In this document: positions 62,607 to 64,000 of the stretch, piece after piece
Position numbering within the stretch: the stretch's first letter is position 1
Layout: each line of letters opens with the position of its first letter
From: an uncultured delta proteobacterium
Lineage (GTDB): Bacteria > Desulfobacterota > Binatia > UBA9968
Length of the DNA stretch: 64,000 nt
NCBI GenBank assembly: GCA_963755715.1
Contig: CAVWLW010000032.1
Location: forward strand, 1-64,000
Direction of reading: 5' to 3'
The notes under the pieces: model-generated
Databases searched by the model: none
Seen by the model: the letters and a program-made list of their open reading frames with translations, nothing else
Told to the model about the DNA's origin: nothing
Translations under genes and position numbers: made by a program

Positions 62607-63607
62607 ATGATTTCAAAACGGTGGCCGTTGGTTATATTCATGGCGAGTCTTTTCGTTTCGCCTTCAGTTCTCTTCGCTCAATCCCGCGCGCTGAAAAAGG
62701 TCCAAGTCGGTGTCCCTGCGATCAGCATGGGGAACATCATCATCTACTTTACCAAAGAGGCAAAAATTTTTGAGAAGTATGGTCTCGACGTCGATCCGGT
62801 CGCGGTGGCGGGCTCCGGCATCGCTTCAAAGGCGCTGATCTCGGGCAGCGTGCTGATCTCGCCGATCGCGACGCCGACGGTCATGACCGCAGTGCTCGCC
62901 GGCTCCGACATGGTGATTTTGGCTCACACCATGCCGGGCGTCATCCAATCGCTCATGGTGCGGCCGGAGATTAAACGCGACGAAGACCTCAAAGGAAAAA
63001 CCATCGGCGTGACCACCTTTGGTTCGCTCACCGATTTTCTCGTCAAGTATCTCGCCCGACAGAAGGGGCTCATACCCGGACAAGGATTTTGCGCTCCTGC
63101 AGATCGGTACCGACAGTGACCGCTTTGTGGCGCTGCAGCAGGGAAGAATCCAGGGGGCGACCTTGTCGCATCCGAATTTTATTTTCGCGCAGCGCGCCGG
63201 CTTTCACGTGCTCTGGGATTTCTTCCGCGACGTCGACTATCCCTGGAGCGAGATCGCGACCACGCGCACCCAGATCAAGCAGGATCGCGATCTGGTCATG
63301 CGCTACATGCGCGCCCATATAGAAGGCATCGCCCGATTTCAAGCAGGAGCCTGAGCTCGCGAAGAAGGTCATCAAGAAGATGCTGCGACTGGACGACGAT
63401 TCGTTAGCGCAGGAGTCTTGGGAGCTATTTGCGAAACATCGTATTGCCGCGCCGTACCCAAACATCAAGGGCATGAAAACGAGTTATGAGTACGTCGCGG
63501 CGACGCGACCGGACGTCTACAAACACAAGCCGGAAGAATTTATCGACTCAAGCTTTGTCGAAGAGCTCGACAAGAGCGGATTCATCAAGAAACTGTACGA
63601 GAAATAA
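62607..63607 (+). CDS. ABC transporter substrate-binding protein, NMT1/SsuA-like; close paralogue of 51351-52352 (two frameshifts)
   Basis: Shares GSGIASKALISG, ILAHTMPGV, DYPW.EI.T.R, SYEYVAATRPDV and ELDKSGFIK with 51351-52352. Confidence 0.85.
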
Positions 63608-63616
63608 TCTGCCGGC

Positions 63617-64000
63617 ATGAAGGTTCGCATCGGAATAGCGCTCGGACAATGGCCGATTCAAGACCACTCCGCTGACGCCATTCTCGATCTTATCGACTAC
63701 TTCGAAGCGCTGGACGTCGATTCACTCTGGGTAAGCGATCGCCTGGTTTCGTCCGCACTCATTCTCGAGCCCGTTACTTTTCTCGCCTACATCGCCGGCC
63801 ATTTGCGCAAAATGAAGCTCGGCACGAGCACGCTGGTGCTGCCGACGCGCAATCCGATCGTCCTCGCCAAAGAACTGGCCACACTGGACTTCCTTTCGCG
63901 GGGCCGGTTATTTCCTGCTTTCGGCTTGGGCGGCGATGAATCCAAGGATTTGCTCGCCGTTGGCGTGAACAAGAAAGAGCGCGCGGCTCGCGCCGATGAG
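63617..64000 (+). CDS. LLM-class (luciferase-like) flavin-dependent oxidoreductase, truncated by the window end
   Basis: MKVRIGIALG..DSLWVSDR..EPVTFLAYIAG..KLGTSTLVLPTRNPIVLAKELATLDFLSRGR. Confidence 0.9.
   Translation, partial: MKVRIGIALGQWPIQDHSADAILDLIDYFEALDVDSLWVSDRLVSSALILEPVTFLAYIAGHLRKMKLGTSTLVLPTRNPIVLAKELATLDFLSRGRLFPAFGLGGDESKDLLAVGVNKKERAARADE

Overview
A GC-rich bacterial chromosomal segment. The gene content (many orphan NMT1/SsuA-type solute-binding proteins, ornithine-cyclodeaminase paralogues, amidohydrolases, an LLM oxidoreductase) suggests a Candidatus Binatia/deltaproteobacterial-type soil organism; this is inference. Many genes are split by single-base indels, which probably reflects long-read consensus error. 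From left to right the window holds: (1) the 3' half of a tRNA-Thr(CGT) with arm-like repeats (att site); (2) an NYN/LOTUS protein; (3) a catabolic cluster with two OCD/mu-crystallin enzymes; (4) ferredoxin, ybeY and prfB with its programmed +1 frameshift; (5) an arsM-arsS radical-SAM/glycosyltransferase (arsenosugar-type) cluster; (6) GH15 and a pentose-phosphate operon in which gnd and pgl are collapsed by internal deletions; (7) two convergent, probably mis-called selenoproteins (deiodinase-like GSITUPPF and exported AhpC-like WUPFC), each with a SECIS-like hairpin; (8) a FabF-methyltransferase-FAD oxidoreductase mini-cluster; (9) thyX, whose 3' end is repeated twice downstream and brackets two integrase-less cargo islands. 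The larger island carries a CBASS anti-phage system: patatin effector, CD-NTase ending in Gly, a stand-alone E2-like enzyme fused to a SEC-C zinc motif, and divergent CapH/CapP-like regulators. The right end holds transport and catabolic genes, a MITE-like element, an inverted-repeat-flanked GxxExxY gene, and two tandem E1 alpha/beta pairs with no E2/E3 in the window.
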